From Microcella sp. (GTDB taxonomy: Bacteria; Actinomycetota; Actinomycetes; Actinomycetales; Microbacteriaceae), in contig NZ_JAVKCK010000029.1 in assembly GCF_040286215.1 (NCBI RefSeq), forward strand, positions 25,879 through 89,878: a stretch of 64,000 bases of DNA. Reading direction: 5' to 3'. The position numbers and the translations under genes were made by a program. Under the pieces are notes generated by a model. That model saw only the letters and a list, made by a program, of their open reading frames with translations, did not search any database and was not told the origin of the DNA. Shown here in pieces: positions 1 to 8,905 of this stretch; the stretch's first letter is position 1; every line of letters starts with the position of its first letter.

Positions 1-1043
1 ATGAGGGCGTCGACCTGGTCGCTCGAGCAGTGCAGCACCGTGCAGGCGCGCAGCAGGCACTCGCGACGGCGCGCTGCGGTGTTGTAGTCGTCGAAGTAGT
101 CCCGATCGAGGTGCAGCCCGGCGCGTCGTGCCGCGTACCAGAGCACGCGGTGGAACTCGACGGCAGCGTCGTAGTGCGTCCCGGGCGAGAGCAACGGCAG
201 GGTGATCTCGTACTGAGCGGCTCCGAGAGCGGTCGCGCTCGGGGCAGCGCTCGGTGCGAGGTGAGGGAGGTCGGCGGCGACGCCTTCCATGACAGCGATC
301 ACGCGATGCGGCGGGTCTTCCGTCGCGAACGTCACGGTCTCGCAGGCCGAGTAGGGGCGGCCCTTGCGGGTGAGGTTGGTGAAGGAGGAACCGGCGAGCT
401 CCGAGTTGGGCACGATCTGCACGCCGCGGACCGTCCGGATGTGCACCGACCGCCAGTTGACCTCCTCCACCTGGCCGCGCACTCCGTTGTGGTCGAGCCA
501 GTCGCCGAGCTGGAAGGGCTGCTCGAACAGCAGCAACAGACCGGAGAGCACAGAGCCCACGGCGTTCTGCAGCGCGAGTCCGATGACGATCGAGCCGATG
601 CCGAGCGCTGTGAAGAGACCTCCGACATCGGCGCCCCACACCCAGGAGAACAGGAGCGCCAGAGAGACAAGGATGAGGAGGAACCTGGTGACGTCGAGGA
701 AGATCGACGGCAGGCGGTCGCGCCAGCTGCCCTTGCGCGCCGACACGAACAGGGCGACGTTGAGGCCGTTGATGAGGACGACGATGAGCAGGAACCCGAG
801 CACTGTCGCCACGATGCGGGTCCAGTTCGCGTCGACATCGACCTCGCTGGTCTGACTAAGCAGCACGAGCAGGGCGGCGACCGGAACGACGACGGTGCGC
901 AGCAGGCGCACGATGCGCGCCGCGGGATGATCGAGTCGCCTGAGGTGCTCGTAGACCTCACTGAGCACGAGCAGCGCTATCGGCATGCCGATGATGACGC
1001 TCAGAGCGGGCCAGAACCAGCTCTCGCTCCAGACCTCGGTCAT
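1..1043 (-). CDS. mechanosensitive ion channel (MscS family) protein, 3' end outside window
   Basis: Absent from the ORF track because it runs off the left edge. My reverse translation from ATG 1043-1041 gives MTEVWSESWFWPALSVIIGMPIALLVLSEV..., hydrophobic helices, then GIGSIVIGLALQNAVGSVLSGLLLLFEQPFQLGDWL...GVRGQVEEVNWRSVHIRT (MscS TM3/beta-domain signature). The frame is still open at nt 1 after about 347 codons. It lies 31 nt downstream of the cyclase stop on the same strand. Confidence 0.8.
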   Translation of the reverse strand, partial: MTEVWSESWFWPALSVIIGMPIALLVLSEVYEHLRRLDHPAARIVRLLRTVVVPVAALLVLLSQTSEVDVDANWTRIVATVLGFLLIVVLINGLNVALFVSARKGSWRDRLPSIFLDVTRFLLILVSLALLFSWVWGADVGGLFTALGIGSIVIGLALQNAVGSVLSGLLLLFEQPFQLGDWLDHNGVRGQVEEVNWRSVHIRTVRGVQIVPNSELAGSSFTNLTRKGRPYSACETVTFATEDPPHRVIAVMEGVAADLPHLAPSAAPSATALGAAQYEITLPLLSPGTHYDAAVEFHRVLWYAARRAGLHLDRDYFDDYNTAARRRECLLRACTVLHCSSDQVDAL

Positions 1044-1073
1044 CGTGTGACCCCGACGGCCGTTTCCCTCGGC

Positions 1074-3254
1074 TCAGGCATCTCGTACTCCGCCGCCACC
1101 CGTGCCGTGCACCCGCCAGATGCGCACCTCGTCGCGCCCGTCGACGACCGCGCCTGCGTCGATCAACGGCACGGTCGCGGGCAACCGGGCCGACACCCGC
1201 TCGGTGACGAAGATGCCGGTCTCGGGGTGCTCGCTCTGGATGCGGAAGGCGAGGTTCACGGCCTCGCCCCACAGGTCGTAGACGACGTGTGCACGACCGA
1301 CGAGTCCGCTGCTGGCCTCCCCGAGGTCGATTCCTGCCCTGAGGTGCAGTTCGGCTCCCCACTGCCCGCCGAACCGCTCGAGGATCCTCTGCATCTCGAG
1401 CGCGAAGTCGACCATGCGGCGCGCATTGTCGACGCGCGGCACGGACATGCCGCAGCTCGCGAGGTACCCCTTGGTCGTCGTACGCACGTGCTCGACCCCG
1501 AGTGCTGCCGCCGCCTCGTCAAACTGCTTGACGAGCTCGTTGAGCAGGTCGAGCCGGGCAGCGGAGTCAAGCGCACTGCTGTAGTCGTCGAAACCCACGA
1601 TGTCGGCGTACAGCACAGTCACGTCGTGGTGATCCTCCGCGATCGTCTGGTCACCATCGCGATAGCGCCGGATGACCGGCTCGGGCATGAGCGCGCGCAG
1701 CAGCTTCTCGCTCTCTGCCGTCTGCTCGTCGAGAAGGTCGGCCTTGACCTGCAGACTGCGGCTCATGTCGTTGAAGGCGGTGGCGACGCTCATCATCTCG
1801 TCGCTGCGGCCCGCGTCGACGACGACGCCGGTCTCGCCCGCCGCGATGCGTTGAGCACCTCGCGCCAGCGCGCGCAGTGGTCGCACGAAAATGCGGGCGA
1901 GTAGCAGGGAGAGCACGGAGACGATGAGGGCGAGCACGGCCGAGGAGATCACGAGGTTGCGGGTGAAGTCGGTCACCGGCGCGAAGGCTTCGCTCGTATC
2001 GAGTTCGGCGACGACAACCCAGCCGAGGTCGCCGACGTCGACCGGCCCGTAGGCGGCGAGTGTGTCGCGATTGAGGTAGTTGGCCGCGATGATCGTGCCG
2101 GTGCGCCCGGCGAGGGCATCGCTCGCGGCCTCGGTACGAATCGGCTGCAGGCCCACGGTGGTCTGGTTCTGGACGATCGTCGCGGCGAGGGGTTCTGCCA
2201 TTCCGGCCTCCACCGCTGCTGCTGCGAAGGCTTCGGGGTCTTCGAGTAGCACGCGTGATGGGGAGCGCATGAGCGAGTCGGCGCCCACGAGGTAGACCTC
2301 GCCAGTGCGACCGAGCCCGCCCTGGGCCCAGTCTTCATCAGCGGTCATGACGCGGCTTACGCGCTCGATCGGCAGCTCCACGGCCAGTGCGCCGATGATG
2401 GCGCCGTCGGCGCTGACCGGGGTCACTGCCCACCCCGCCTGTCTGTCCAGGGAGGGCGGGTACTCCCCGAAGTCGGTGAGAGCGACCTCGCCGAGCAGGT
2501 TGGTGGTCATCGCGGAGGTATAGGCGACAGACAGGTTCGTGAAGCGCAGCGGTCCTTCCACGACATTGCTGCCCAGGTCGATGCCCTTGTAGGCGGAGTA
2601 CACAATGGTGCCATCGGTATCGAGCAACAGCACGTCCTCGTACTCGAGACGCGTCGTCATGGTGCGAAAGTGGTCGTGGTAGGCCGCATGCGCCGCCGAC
2701 CACGCGGAGCCGTCCCCAGCATCGTCGACCGCGAGCGCCTCCTCGAAGCTCTCCGATGGCACCGTGTACTCACTCTGCAGATACCGCGCTGCGGCGCTCA
2801 GCGGCACGAGGGTCGAGGCGTCCACCTCCGCCCCCGCTGTCGCCAATCGGGGCCCGACGACATCGTCGTAGTACTGCGCAAGCTGCTCGAGCTGCGGCTG
2901 CGTGAGCTCGAGGCCGTCGAGCTCGGCGAACCCTGAGGTGAAGGCCTGGGTCGCCTCCACCACGCTCTGCCCGCTCGCGTGCACGACGATCGTGCTCTGG
3001 AGCGTGGAGAAGAGTCGCTCGATCTCGCGCTCACGCGAGTCGCGCACCTCCACAAGCCGATCGAAGGCGGCGTCGCGCAACGAGTCGGCGGCATTGTTGT
3101 ACCCGATGAGCCCGACGAGCACGTTCGATGTCAGGCTCACGACGAGCAGCATGACGAGCACGGTCGACTGGATGCTCAATCCCGCCCGTCGGCGGGCGCG
3201 AGAGGGTGCCAGAGGTGCGCCGTCCGCGCCCGCTGCGGCATCGCTCGGTGACAT
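1074..3254 (-). CDS. sensor adenylate/guanylate cyclase (TM - Cache-like periplasmic domain - TM - HAMP - class III cyclase)
   Basis: ORF 1074..3443 trimmed to ATG 3254 (MSPSDAAAG..., then TM helix LVMLLVVSLTSNVLVGLIGY). HAMP region FVRPLRALARGAQRIAAGE...AFNDMSRSLQ. Cyclase core VTVLYADIVGFDDYS...GYLASCGM...YDLWGEAVNLAFRIQS. Confidence 0.9.
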   Translation of the reverse strand: MSPSDAAAGADGAPLAPSRARRRAGLSIQSTVLVMLLVVSLTSNVLVGLIGYNNAADSLRDAAFDRLVEVRDSREREIERLFSTLQSTIVVHASGQSVVEATQAFTSGFAELDGLELTQPQLEQLAQYYDDVVGPRLATAGAEVDASTLVPLSAAARYLQSEYTVPSESFEEALAVDDAGDGSAWSAAHAAYHDHFRTMTTRLEYEDVLLLDTDGTIVYSAYKGIDLGSNVVEGPLRFTNLSVAYTSAMTTNLLGEVALTDFGEYPPSLDRQAGWAVTPVSADGAIIGALAVELPIERVSRVMTADEDWAQGGLGRTGEVYLVGADSLMRSPSRVLLEDPEAFAAAAVEAGMAEPLAATIVQNQTTVGLQPIRTEAASDALAGRTGTIIAANYLNRDTLAAYGPVDVGDLGWVVVAELDTSEAFAPVTDFTRNLVISSAVLALIVSVLSLLLARIFVRPLRALARGAQRIAAGETGVVVDAGRSDEMMSVATAFNDMSRSLQVKADLLDEQTAESEKLLRALMPEPVIRRYRDGDQTIAEDHHDVTVLYADIVGFDDYSSALDSAARLDLLNELVKQFDEAAAALGVEHVRTTTKGYLASCGMSVPRVDNARRMVDFALEMQRILERFGGQWGAELHLRAGIDLGEASSGLVGRAHVVYDLWGEAVNLAFRIQSEHPETGIFVTERVSARLPATVPLIDAGAVVDGRDEVRIWRVHGTGGGGVRDA

Positions 3255-3457
3255 GGCTACCTCGGGGAGCGCCAGGGACAGGGGGTCCGAGAGAGTGTTT
3301 CGCGCGAAGTGCGCTCTCGAAGAGTATCCTGCCGTTCCGCCAAGAGCGAGAGGTGGACGTCCCTCGCGCAAGGGGGCGCTGTCAGGCCCCACCAGGGGTT
3401 CTCTGCCATGCTGAGGGCGGTGCGCCCCGTGCGGGATGCCCATCTCGAGCCCCCCAT

Positions 3458-4147
3458 GTGAACGACAGGAGCCCCGACGTGGCTGATGGCACCTCTGACG
3501 ACGACACTCTGACCGTCAAGCAGCAGCGCGAGAAGCGCCGCGCCGAAAAGGTGGCGGCCCTCAAGAAGAAGCAGCAGGCGGAAAAGGTGCGTAACCGCAT
3601 CACCGTGCTCGGCTCGGTCGCCGCCGGTGCGGGAGTGCTGAGCCTCATCATCGCCGTCGTCGTCACGTCAGCCACGCCCCCCGTCGATCCATCGACGATT
3701 GAGGTCGAGGGCGTGCAGGTGATCGAGGGGCTCGATCCGATTCATGTGCAGACCGCGGTCGACTACGACCAGACCCCGCCCGCCGGTGGGCCCCACAACC
3801 CCGCCTGGCTCAACTGCGGCATCTACGAGGAGCCCGTGCCCAACGAGAACGCCGTGCACTCGCTTGAGCACGGCGCGGTCTGGGTCACGTACGACCCCGC
3901 GCAACTCAGCGACGACGAGATCGACCGGCTGCGCGACGCGATGCCGAGCACCTACATGATCCTCTCCCCCTACGACGGCCTCGACGCCCCCGTCTACGCG
4001 AGCGCCTGGGGCTTCCAGGTTGCCCTCGACGGCGTCGACGACCCGCGGCTGAACGACTTCATCGTCAAATACCGTCAGTCCCCTGAGGTGCCGGAGCCCG
4101 GCGCTCTGTGCTCGCAGGCCGTCGACGGCCCCGGCAAGATCTCCTAG
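3458..4147 (+). CDS. DUF3105 domain-containing membrane protein
   Basis: ORF 3206..4147 trimmed to in-frame GTG 3458. The start is uncertain; GTG 3479 is also possible. Basic N-terminus, one TM helix (ITVLGSVAAGAGVLSLIIAVVV), then ...PPAGGPHNPAWLNCGIYEEPVPNENAVHSLEHGAVWVTY... as in DUF3105 proteins. Confidence 0.75.
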   Translation: MNDRSPDVADGTSDDDTLTVKQQREKRRAEKVAALKKKQQAEKVRNRITVLGSVAAGAGVLSLIIAVVVTSATPPVDPSTIEVEGVQVIEGLDPIHVQTAVDYDQTPPAGGPHNPAWLNCGIYEEPVPNENAVHSLEHGAVWVTYDPAQLSDDEIDRLRDAMPSTYMILSPYDGLDAPVYASAWGFQVALDGVDDPRLNDFIVKYRQSPEVPEPGALCSQAVDGPGKIS

Positions 4148-4150
4148 CCT

Positions 4151-4810
4151 GTGTCCCTCACGTTCTCGACCTCGAGCCGGCGCGCGCGCCTCGCGCTCGT
4201 CGGCTCGCTCCTGGTACTGGTCGCCCTCGTGGCCGGTGTGCTTCTCGGCCGTGCGACGGCGCCGGGTGGAGGTCAGGCCACCCCGACCGCGACGAGCGCC
4301 GAGGCCGGCTTCGCCCGCGATATGCAGACGCACCACTCTCAGGCCGTCGACATGGCGATCCTCATCCGCGAGGCGACGGACGACCCGGAGGTTCGCCTGC
4401 TCGCCCTGGACATCCTCACCGCGCAGAGCCAGCAGATGGGCCAGATGTACGCGTGGCTGGTGAGCTGGGGGGTGCCGCAGACGTCGACCGAGGAGCCGAT
4501 GGCGTGGATGGCGCGCCCCGCGCTCGACGGCGGTCACGACGAGCACAGCGAGGGTCACGTGCCCGGTGAGCGGATGCCCGGCCTCGCGACGCCCGAGCAG
4601 ATGTCCGCGCTCGCCGTCGCCGAGGGAGTGGAGGCCGAGCGCCTGTTCCTCGAGCTCATGACGGCGCACCACATCGGCGGCGTCGAGATGGCGGAGGCTG
4701 TGCTCGCCCGCACCGAGCTGCCCCTCGTGACGAACCTCGCGGCCGGAATGGTCGCCATCCAGGACAAGGAGATCGACTACATGCGCGAGCTGCTCGCCGC
4801 GCGCCAGTAG
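4151..4810 (+). CDS. DUF305 domain-containing protein
   Basis: GTG start 3 nt after the previous stop. N-terminal hydrophobic helix, then two copies of the DUF305 His-rich motif (FARDMQTHHSQAVDMA ... FLELMTAHHIGGVEMA). Confidence 0.85.
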   Translation: MSLTFSTSSRRARLALVGSLLVLVALVAGVLLGRATAPGGGQATPTATSAEAGFARDMQTHHSQAVDMAILIREATDDPEVRLLALDILTAQSQQMGQMYAWLVSWGVPQTSTEEPMAWMARPALDGGHDEHSEGHVPGERMPGLATPEQMSALAVAEGVEAERLFLELMTAHHIGGVEMAEAVLARTELPLVTNLAAGMVAIQDKEIDYMRELLAARQ

Positions 4811-4814
4811 TACG

Positions 4815-6695
4815 TCACTCGCTCTCGGCCGGCACGAACTCGGTCGACTGCTCGGCCACGAGCCGCGCGTAGACGCCCCCGCGCGCGGCGAGCTCGGCGT
4901 GGGTGCCCGTCTCGACGATCCGTCCCCGATCGACGACGTGTATACGGTCGGCCGTGCTCACGGTCGACAGGCGATGGGCGATCGCGATCGTCGTGCGCCC
5001 CCGGGTCGCCGAGTCGAGCGCTCGCTGCACGACACGCTCCGACACCGAGTCGAGCGCGCTCGTCGCCTCGTCGAGGATGAGCACCGGGGGGTCCTTGAGC
5101 AGCACGCGCGCGATCGCTATGCGCTGCTTCTCCCCTCCGGAAAGACGGTACCCCCGCTCGCCGACAACGGTGGCGTAGCCCTCGGGGAACGACTCGATGG
5201 TCTCGTGGATGCTCGCCGCACGGCAGGCCGCCTCGAGCTCCTCCTCCGTCGCGTCGGGTTTCGCGTAGCGCAGGTTCTCTGCGATCGTCGCGTGGAACAG
5301 GTAGGTCTCCTGGCTGACGATGCCGACCGAGCCGATGAGCGACTCCTGCCGCAACTCGCGCACGTCGGCTCCCGCGAACTCGACGACACCGCTCGACGCC
5401 TCGTGCAGCCGCGGCACCAGGTACGAGATCGTCGTCTTGCCGGCGCCGGACGGCCCGACGAAGGCCACGAACTCTCCGGGCTCGACCGTGAATGAGACCC
5501 CGTCGAGAGTCGGGGCGTTCTCCTCGCCGGCATCCGGGTACCGGAAGACCACGTCGCGGAACGCGACCGAGCCCACCTTGACGGGGTCGACATCGCCGGC
5601 CTCCGGCGCCTCTCTGATCGCCGGTCGGAGGTCGAGGTACTCGAATATGCGCGCGAACAGGGCAGCGGAGGTCTGCAGGTCGAGGGCGACGCGCATCAGA
5701 CCGAGCAGAGGGAACGTGAGACGGGCCTGCACCGTCGTGAAGGCCACGATCGTGCCGGCCGTCACCGCGACATCCGCGTCGATGAGGAGCGCTGCAACGA
5801 GGTAGATGACGGCGGGGATGACGGAGAGGAAGACGTTGACGATAGCGAAGAACCACTGGCCGCTCATCTGCAGCTGCACCTGCAGTCGACGCTGCACCGC
5901 GTTCTCGCTGCGGTACCGCTCGATCTCCCCGGCCTGCCCGAAGAAGCTCTTGGCGAGCATGATGCCCGAGACGCTCAGCGACTCCTGAGTGATCGCCGAC
6001 ATGTCGCTCAGTGACTCCTGCGTCTTGGTGGCGATCCGCGCCCGCACCTGGCCGACGCGCCGCTGGGCGATGACCAGGAGCGGCAGCAGGATGACCGCGA
6101 CGACGGTCAGCTGCCAGCTGAGGATCAGCATGGCGATGAACGCCGCGATCACGGTGACCGTATTGCCGATGACGCTTGAGACGGTGTTGTTGAGCACTCC
6201 GGCCACGCCGCCGACGTCGTTCTGCAGGCGCGACTGGATCGCGCCAGTCTTCGTGCGGGTGAAGAAGCCGAGCTCCATGCTCTGCAGGTGCGCGAAGAGT
6301 CGCACGCGCAGTTGGGCCATGACGGCGTTGCCGACCGTGGCGGTGAGGAAGGTCTGAGCGATGCCGAGGCCTGCGCTGAGCATCCAGAGCAGCAGCATGA
6401 GGCTGACGAGCTGCACGAGAACAGGGATGTTCGGGCCGCCCTCGGGCGGGAACAGGCCACGATCGAAGGCCTGCTGCGTGAGCAGGGGCGGCAGAACGCT
6501 GAGACCCGCCGACACGAGGACGAGCGCGATGGTGAGCGTCAGGCGCGCGCGATGCGGCTGGAACAGCCGCGCAATGCGCGGCAGCAGGTTCGGGATGCGC
6601 GGGGCCTCAGCATTCTCCGCACGCTGCGCCTCGGCATCCGATCTCGATACTCGCGCTGACCCTCGGGCGCCCCGCCCGCTCATTCCCATGCTCAC
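4815..6695 (-). CDS. ABC exporter, fused permease/ATP-binding protein (MdlB/MsbA type)
   Basis: 626 aa. N-terminal six-helix exporter domain. Walker A GPSGAGKTT, signature LSGGEKQRIAIAR, Walker B LILDEATSALD. Confidence 0.92.
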   Translation of the reverse strand: MSMGMSGRGARGSARVSRSDAEAQRAENAEAPRIPNLLPRIARLFQPHRARLTLTIALVLVSAGLSVLPPLLTQQAFDRGLFPPEGGPNIPVLVQLVSLMLLLWMLSAGLGIAQTFLTATVGNAVMAQLRVRLFAHLQSMELGFFTRTKTGAIQSRLQNDVGGVAGVLNNTVSSVIGNTVTVIAAFIAMLILSWQLTVVAVILLPLLVIAQRRVGQVRARIATKTQESLSDMSAITQESLSVSGIMLAKSFFGQAGEIERYRSENAVQRRLQVQLQMSGQWFFAIVNVFLSVIPAVIYLVAALLIDADVAVTAGTIVAFTTVQARLTFPLLGLMRVALDLQTSAALFARIFEYLDLRPAIREAPEAGDVDPVKVGSVAFRDVVFRYPDAGEENAPTLDGVSFTVEPGEFVAFVGPSGAGKTTISYLVPRLHEASSGVVEFAGADVRELRQESLIGSVGIVSQETYLFHATIAENLRYAKPDATEEELEAACRAASIHETIESFPEGYATVVGERGYRLSGGEKQRIAIARVLLKDPPVLILDEATSALDSVSERVVQRALDSATRGRTTIAIAHRLSTVSTADRIHVVDRGRIVETGTHAELAARGGVYARLVAEQSTEFVPAESE

Positions 6696-6776
6696 CTCTT
6701 GAGCCTAGGCTGGCGCCCCCGACGGCGACCCGCGTGTTCGCCATCAGCGCGCACCACCACACGCTATCCACAGCAC

Positions 6777-6807
6777 GAGGCCCCCGGGCGTGAGCACCGG
6801 GGGCCTC
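6777..6807 (-). terminator. GC-rich stem-loop after the sugar-permease operon
   Basis: GAGGCCCCCGG-gcgtgagca-CCGGGGGCCTC, an 11-bp perfect stem, 19 nt downstream of the permease stop (6826). No clear U-tract. Confidence 0.5.
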
Positions 6808-6825
6808 GGATTCTGCGTGGGCCGA

Positions 6826-7803
6826 TCAGCCCTTCGTCGAGCCCGCCAGCAAGCCGCGCACGAAGTAGCGCTGCAGGCTGAAGAACACGATGAGCGGGAT
6901 GATGAGCGAGATGAACGCCGCCGCGGGCAGTCGCTCGGTATTGCGCCCGAAGTTGCCGACGAGCTCTGCCAGGCGCTGCGTCAGAGGTGCGACATCAGCC
7001 GTGCCTCCGGAGAACACCAGGGCGACGAGCAGGTCGTTCCACACCCACAGGAACTGGAAGATTCCGATCGACGCGAGCGCCGGGAGCGACAGCGGGATGA
7101 TCACGCGGAAGAAGATCTGCGTGTGGTTCGCGCCGTCGACCCGGGCCGCCTCGACGACCTCGCCCGGAATCTCGGAGATGAAGTTGTGCAGCAGGAAGAT
7201 GCACAGGGGGAGCCCGAAGATCGTGTGCGCGACCCACACCGCGGGGAAGGTTCCGCTGATGCCGAGTACACCGCTGAAGATCTGCAGGAGTGGCACGAGG
7301 GCCATCTGCAACGGCACGATCTGCAGGGCGAATACGAGCACGAACAGCGCGCCGGCGCCCTTGAACTTGATCCACGCGAAAGCGTATGCCGCCATCGTCG
7401 CGAGCGCGATGGGGAACAGTGCTGCGGGGATCGCGATGACGAGGGAGTTCACGAAGTACTGGCCGAGGTTCGCCGAGGAGGCCCCGGAGACGGTGAGCAC
7501 TTCCGCGTAGTTCTCGAGCGTGAAGCTCGGGCTCACGAAGATATTCCACCAGCCGGTCGTGCGAATCTCGTCCGGCGTGCGGATCGACGAGACGAGGAGC
7601 CCGAAAGTGGGGATGGTCCACACGACGGCGATGACGATGGCCGCGAAGGTCGCCCAGCGGGAGGTGAGGCGCTGCTTGACCCGATTGGCCTTGCCGCCGC
7701 CCTTGCTCGTGTTCCTCTGGCCGAGCGGCTTGTCGAGCTTCGTCTCGGCCTTCTGCACCTTGTCCGTGCTGGTGCCCGCGTTGGTTCCGCTGCTCGTGCT
7801 CAT
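6826..7803 (-). CDS. carbohydrate ABC transporter permease (MalG-like)
   Basis: 325 aa, multi-TM. EAA-loop EAARVDGANHTQIFFRVIIPLSLPAL. 4-nt overlap with the upstream permease gene. Confidence 0.9.
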   Translation of the reverse strand: MSTSSGTNAGTSTDKVQKAETKLDKPLGQRNTSKGGGKANRVKQRLTSRWATFAAIVIAVVWTIPTFGLLVSSIRTPDEIRTTGWWNIFVSPSFTLENYAEVLTVSGASSANLGQYFVNSLVIAIPAALFPIALATMAAYAFAWIKFKGAGALFVLVFALQIVPLQMALVPLLQIFSGVLGISGTFPAVWVAHTIFGLPLCIFLLHNFISEIPGEVVEAARVDGANHTQIFFRVIIPLSLPALASIGIFQFLWVWNDLLVALVFSGGTADVAPLTQRLAELVGNFGRNTERLPAAAFISLIIPLIVFFSLQRYFVRGLLAGSTKG

Positions 7804-8783
7804 CGGATCTCCTTCTGCTTGCGCATGATGCGCACGTTGTAGATGACGATGGGCAGAACCATCACGAACAGCACGAGCGCGAGGGCCGAGCCCTGCCCGA
7901 ACTCACCACGGTTGAACGCCTGCGTGTACATCTCGTTGGCGACCACCGAGGTGTCGAAGTTTCCGCCCGTCATCGCGCGCACGATATCGAAGACCTTCAG
8001 AGTCGCGATGGAGATCGTCGTGATGACGACGACGAGCGTGCCGCGAATGCCGGGCACGGTGACATTCCAGAACGTCTGCCACGGATTCGCGCCGTCGAGG
8101 CGGGAGGCTTCGATGATCTCGACGGGCACGCCCTTGATGGCCGCGGAGAGCAGCACCATGGCGAAACCGGTCTGGATCCACACCATGACGATGATGAGGA
8201 AGAACGTGTTCCAGGGCGAATTCTGCAGGAACTGCTGCGGTTCGCCGCCGAACCAGACGATGAGCTGGTTGAGCACGCCGATCTGCTCGCTGAAGCCTTC
8301 GGCCCGGTATTCGTACATGAAGCGCCAGATGATGCCAGCGCCGACGAAGGAGATCGCCATGGGCATGAACACGAGGGACTTGAGAACCTTCTCGCCCTTG
8401 GACTTGTCGATGAAGACGGCGTACGCGAGGCCGAAGATCGTCGAGAGCGTCGGCACGAGCGCCACCCAGACGAGCGTGTTGAGCAGTGTGATCTGAATCT
8501 GGGGCTGCGTGAACATCCAGACGAAGTTGTCGAAGCCGACGAACTCCTGCGAGTTGCGGTTGAAGAACGACAGCACTGTCGTGTTGATCGCGGGGTAGAT
8601 GAGACCCACCGTCAGCAGGATGCCCGCGGGAAGAAGGAAGACGAGGAGTTGCAGTACGTCGCGGCCCCGCTTGGGGGCCCGGTCTGCCAAGAAGAGAAGG
8701 ATGCCGACCACCGCGGCGAACGCGGCGAGGCCGAGGAACATGAGTCCGAACTTCTCAGCGAAGTCGGACAGGAAATCCGCCAT
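7800..8783 (-). CDS. carbohydrate ABC transporter permease (MalF-like)
   Basis: 327 aa, multi-TM. EAA-loop EASRLDGANPWQTFWNVTVPGIRG. Confidence 0.9.
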   Translation of the reverse strand: MADFLSDFAEKFGLMFLGLAAFAAVVGILLFLADRAPKRGRDVLQLLVFLLPAGILLTVGLIYPAINTTVLSFFNRNSQEFVGFDNFVWMFTQPQIQITLLNTLVWVALVPTLSTIFGLAYAVFIDKSKGEKVLKSLVFMPMAISFVGAGIIWRFMYEYRAEGFSEQIGVLNQLIVWFGGEPQQFLQNSPWNTFFLIIVMVWIQTGFAMVLLSAAIKGVPVEIIEASRLDGANPWQTFWNVTVPGIRGTLVVVITTISIATLKVFDIVRAMTGGNFDTSVVANEMYTQAFNRGEFGQGSALALVLFVMVLPIVIYNVRIMRKQKEIR

Positions 8784-8835
8784 GCGATGAAACCTCCATT
8801 GGTTTATCTGACTCGAGACACGCTACCCGACAGTC

Positions 8836-8867
8836 GGGCCCGCCGAACAGATGCGTTCGGCGGGCCC
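8836..8867 (-). promoter_or_regulatory. intercistronic stem-loop between the binding-protein and permease genes
   Basis: GGGCCCGCCGAAC-agatgc-GTTCGGCGGGCCC, a perfect 13-bp stem in the 122-nt gap. This is the usual position for an mRNA-stabilising or attenuating hairpin in sugar ABC operons. Confidence 0.55.
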
Positions 8868-8905
8868 GCTGTCATTCTGGCAATTCAGTCGTCAGAGAGA
8901 ACTGC

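Noticed and set aside
30-1904. 624-aa + strand ORF over the channel/cyclase genes, and similar long shadow ORFs at 26043-28421(-), 45291-46997(+), 59223-60911(-), 62003-63676(-), 10606-11595(-) and 38636-39679(-)
   Set aside because: Each overlaps, antisense or out of frame, a gene with clear family motifs. Their compositions are Arg/Ala/Pro/Gly-biased with no recognisable domains, RBS or leaderless promoter.
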